Origin: Takakia lepidozioides
Lineage: Eukaryota > Plantae > Bryophyta
Assembly: GCA_030704615.1 (NCBI GenBank)
Contig: CM060733.1
Coordinates: 3,348,001 to 3,412,000, forward strand
Length of the DNA stretch: 64,000 nucleotides
Reading direction: 5' to 3'
Numbering within the stretch: position 1 is the first letter of the stretch; the number at the start of each line of letters is the position of its first letter. Shown here in pieces: positions 62,280 to 64,000 of this stretch. The position numbers and the translations under genes are program-made. The notes under the pieces are model-generated. The model saw only the letters and a program-made list of their open reading frames with translations, ran no database searches and was not told the origin of the DNA.

Positions 62280-62900
62280 GGCCTCCAAGGTCTCCAACCA
62301 GCCCTCACAATGGCTCCACTGCCCAATATGGCCTCCATGGGCCTCCAAGAGTCCTCCAAACACAGCCCTTAAGAAGCTCCACAAATCTGTAAAGTATTGG
62401 CCTCCAAAGACCTCCAATAGTCCTCCAACAGCCCTTAAGAAGCTCCTCAAATCTGCCAAGTATTGGTCTCCAAGGACCTCCAACAGTCCTCCAACAGCCC
62501 TTAAGAAGCTCTTCAAATCTACCAAGTATTGGCCTCCAAGGACCTCCAACAGTCTTCCAACAGCCCTTAAAAAGCTCATCAAATCTGTCAAGTATTTGCC
62601 CCCAAGGACCTCCAATAGTCCCCCAAAGAGCTCTTAGAAAACTCCATAAGCCTGCCCAATATGGGCCTCCAAATACCTCCAATCGTCCTCTAACCAGCCC
62701 TCACAAGGCTCCACAGGCCTGCCAAACATTGGCCTCAAATGACCCCAAATAGTCTTTCAAACAGCCCTTAGCAGGTTCCACAAGCCTGCAAGATATTGGC
62801 TTCAATAGACCCCAAAATAGTCCTCAAAGCAGGCCCCAATACCTGCTAGATATTGGCCTCAATAGACCCCAAATAGTCCTCAAACAAGCCCCCTGAAGGC
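62280..62900. repeat. 60-bp tandem repeat (about 5 good plus several degenerate units)
   Basis: Unit like GGACCTCCAACAGTCCTCCAACAGCCCTTAAGAAGCTCCTCAAATCTGCCAAGTATTGGCCTCCAA; 20-aa periodicity in the ORF track. Confidence 0.85.
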
Positions 62901-62924
62901 TCCAAAAATATCCACAGTCAGTCG

Positions 62925-63360
62925 ATTTTTCATCCGTCATTGACCGAATTTCATCCAAAACCCCGATTTCTCATCCACAGATCCGATATTTCATCTGCCG
63001 CGATAGTTCATCCGTCGGTGCAATATTTCATCCACTGGTGCGATATTTGATCTGCTGGTGCAGTTTCATCCATCGCTGTGATTTTTCATCCAATGGCACA
63101 ATAGTTCATCCGCTGCCACGATTTCATCCACTGGCGCAGTTTCATCCGTCGCCGGTGATTTTTCATCTGATAGCGCGATAGTTCATCCGTTGCCACGATT
63201 TCATCCACTGGCGCAATTTCATCCGTCGTCGTGATTTTTCATCCGATAGCGCGATAATCCACTGCCACGATTTCATCCGCTGGCGCAGTTTCTTCCACTG
63301 CAACCGATTCTCATCTAGGAGCACCGATTGTCATCCATTGGCTCAATAGTTCATCCGATG
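62925..63360. repeat. Short (~18-21 bp) degenerate tandem repeat with TTTCATCC core
   Basis: About 20 recurrences of (T)TTCATCC(G/A). Confidence 0.8.
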
Positions 63361-64000
63361 GGACAATGGTGGTGCTCCCAACTCTGGGGCAATGTTTCCA
63401 CGCATTCCCATGCATTTCCACAAGTTCCCAAGCGTTCTCTCGAGTTTCCAAGGAGTTCACACGCGTTCCCAAGCTAGGGTTTGCGTCGCTTTGCCTCTAC
63501 GATTGCTGCAACGAGCTATGGCTTCTATGGAGCAACCAGAGGTGCTGTTCTTGGTTTCTTGAGCATCAATAGACCACCGAGAGTGCCTCTAACTCCCTGA
63601 GCAAGCTATTTGCCATACAACAAGCTCTCTTTCTCTATAGAACTTATTGAAACAAGCATAGAACAAGTTATTGAGCTTTCTATGGCATACCCTCTTCTAG
63701 CTATCGCATGCACTCATAGTGTTTCTTTCTACTGCCATAGTGCACCTCTTAGAGCTCTTAATCCAGCCCTGCACTTGCCACTTCCATAGACATGCTCTTC
63801 CCAAGCTTGGGATTGAAACCCCAACTCAAAGCATGTTTTACAAATACAATATTCTGCCCCAAAGAGAAATCAGATGTCTACCTCCACTCATAGCTCTCCT
63901 AAGCTTGAAGTTGAAGACTCCCACAAGCTGAAACCATGCTCCACACATGCACCGCTTGCTCCCTTAACACCCGAGCTCTTCTTGAACTCCTCAAAGCCTG

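Overview
Eukaryotic, intron-containing nuclear DNA from a land plant, most likely a bryophyte or other seed-free plant (inferred from ORS-type type III PKS genes, PLS-class PPR arrays with OSB PDF motifs and the TE families present; species not identifiable). The only host genes that look functional are four lipid-related genes at 10-41 kb: a six-exon GDSL esterase fused in frame to a fasciclin (FAS1) domain, a second GDSL esterase, and two type III polyketide synthases with an ORS-like active site, the second running into a 500-N scaffold gap. The rest is nested mobile DNA and relics. These are: a DNA-transposon end carrying a spliced gene with a beta-class amino-(N4C/N6A) DNA-methyltransferase-like domain, chromovirus LTRs and integrase, an FCP1/NIF phosphatase-like ORF cut by an LTR, two hAT MITE copies, a LINE whose ORF1 and ORF2 are separated by one in-frame UAG, a tRNA-derived SINE, a Mutator-like element with an internal inverted array of palindromic repeats, a near-complete Ty3/gypsy element (extra 5' ORF, -1 frameshift pseudoknot, dUTPase-like domain, tRNA-Ala PBS), and decayed PPR arrays. 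The best leads are the candidate PKS-GDSL lipid-phenolic cluster with the GDSL-FAS1 fusion, the transposon-borne methyltransferase-like gene and the atypical gypsy element. Exon boundaries and motifs were read by eye; no searches were run.
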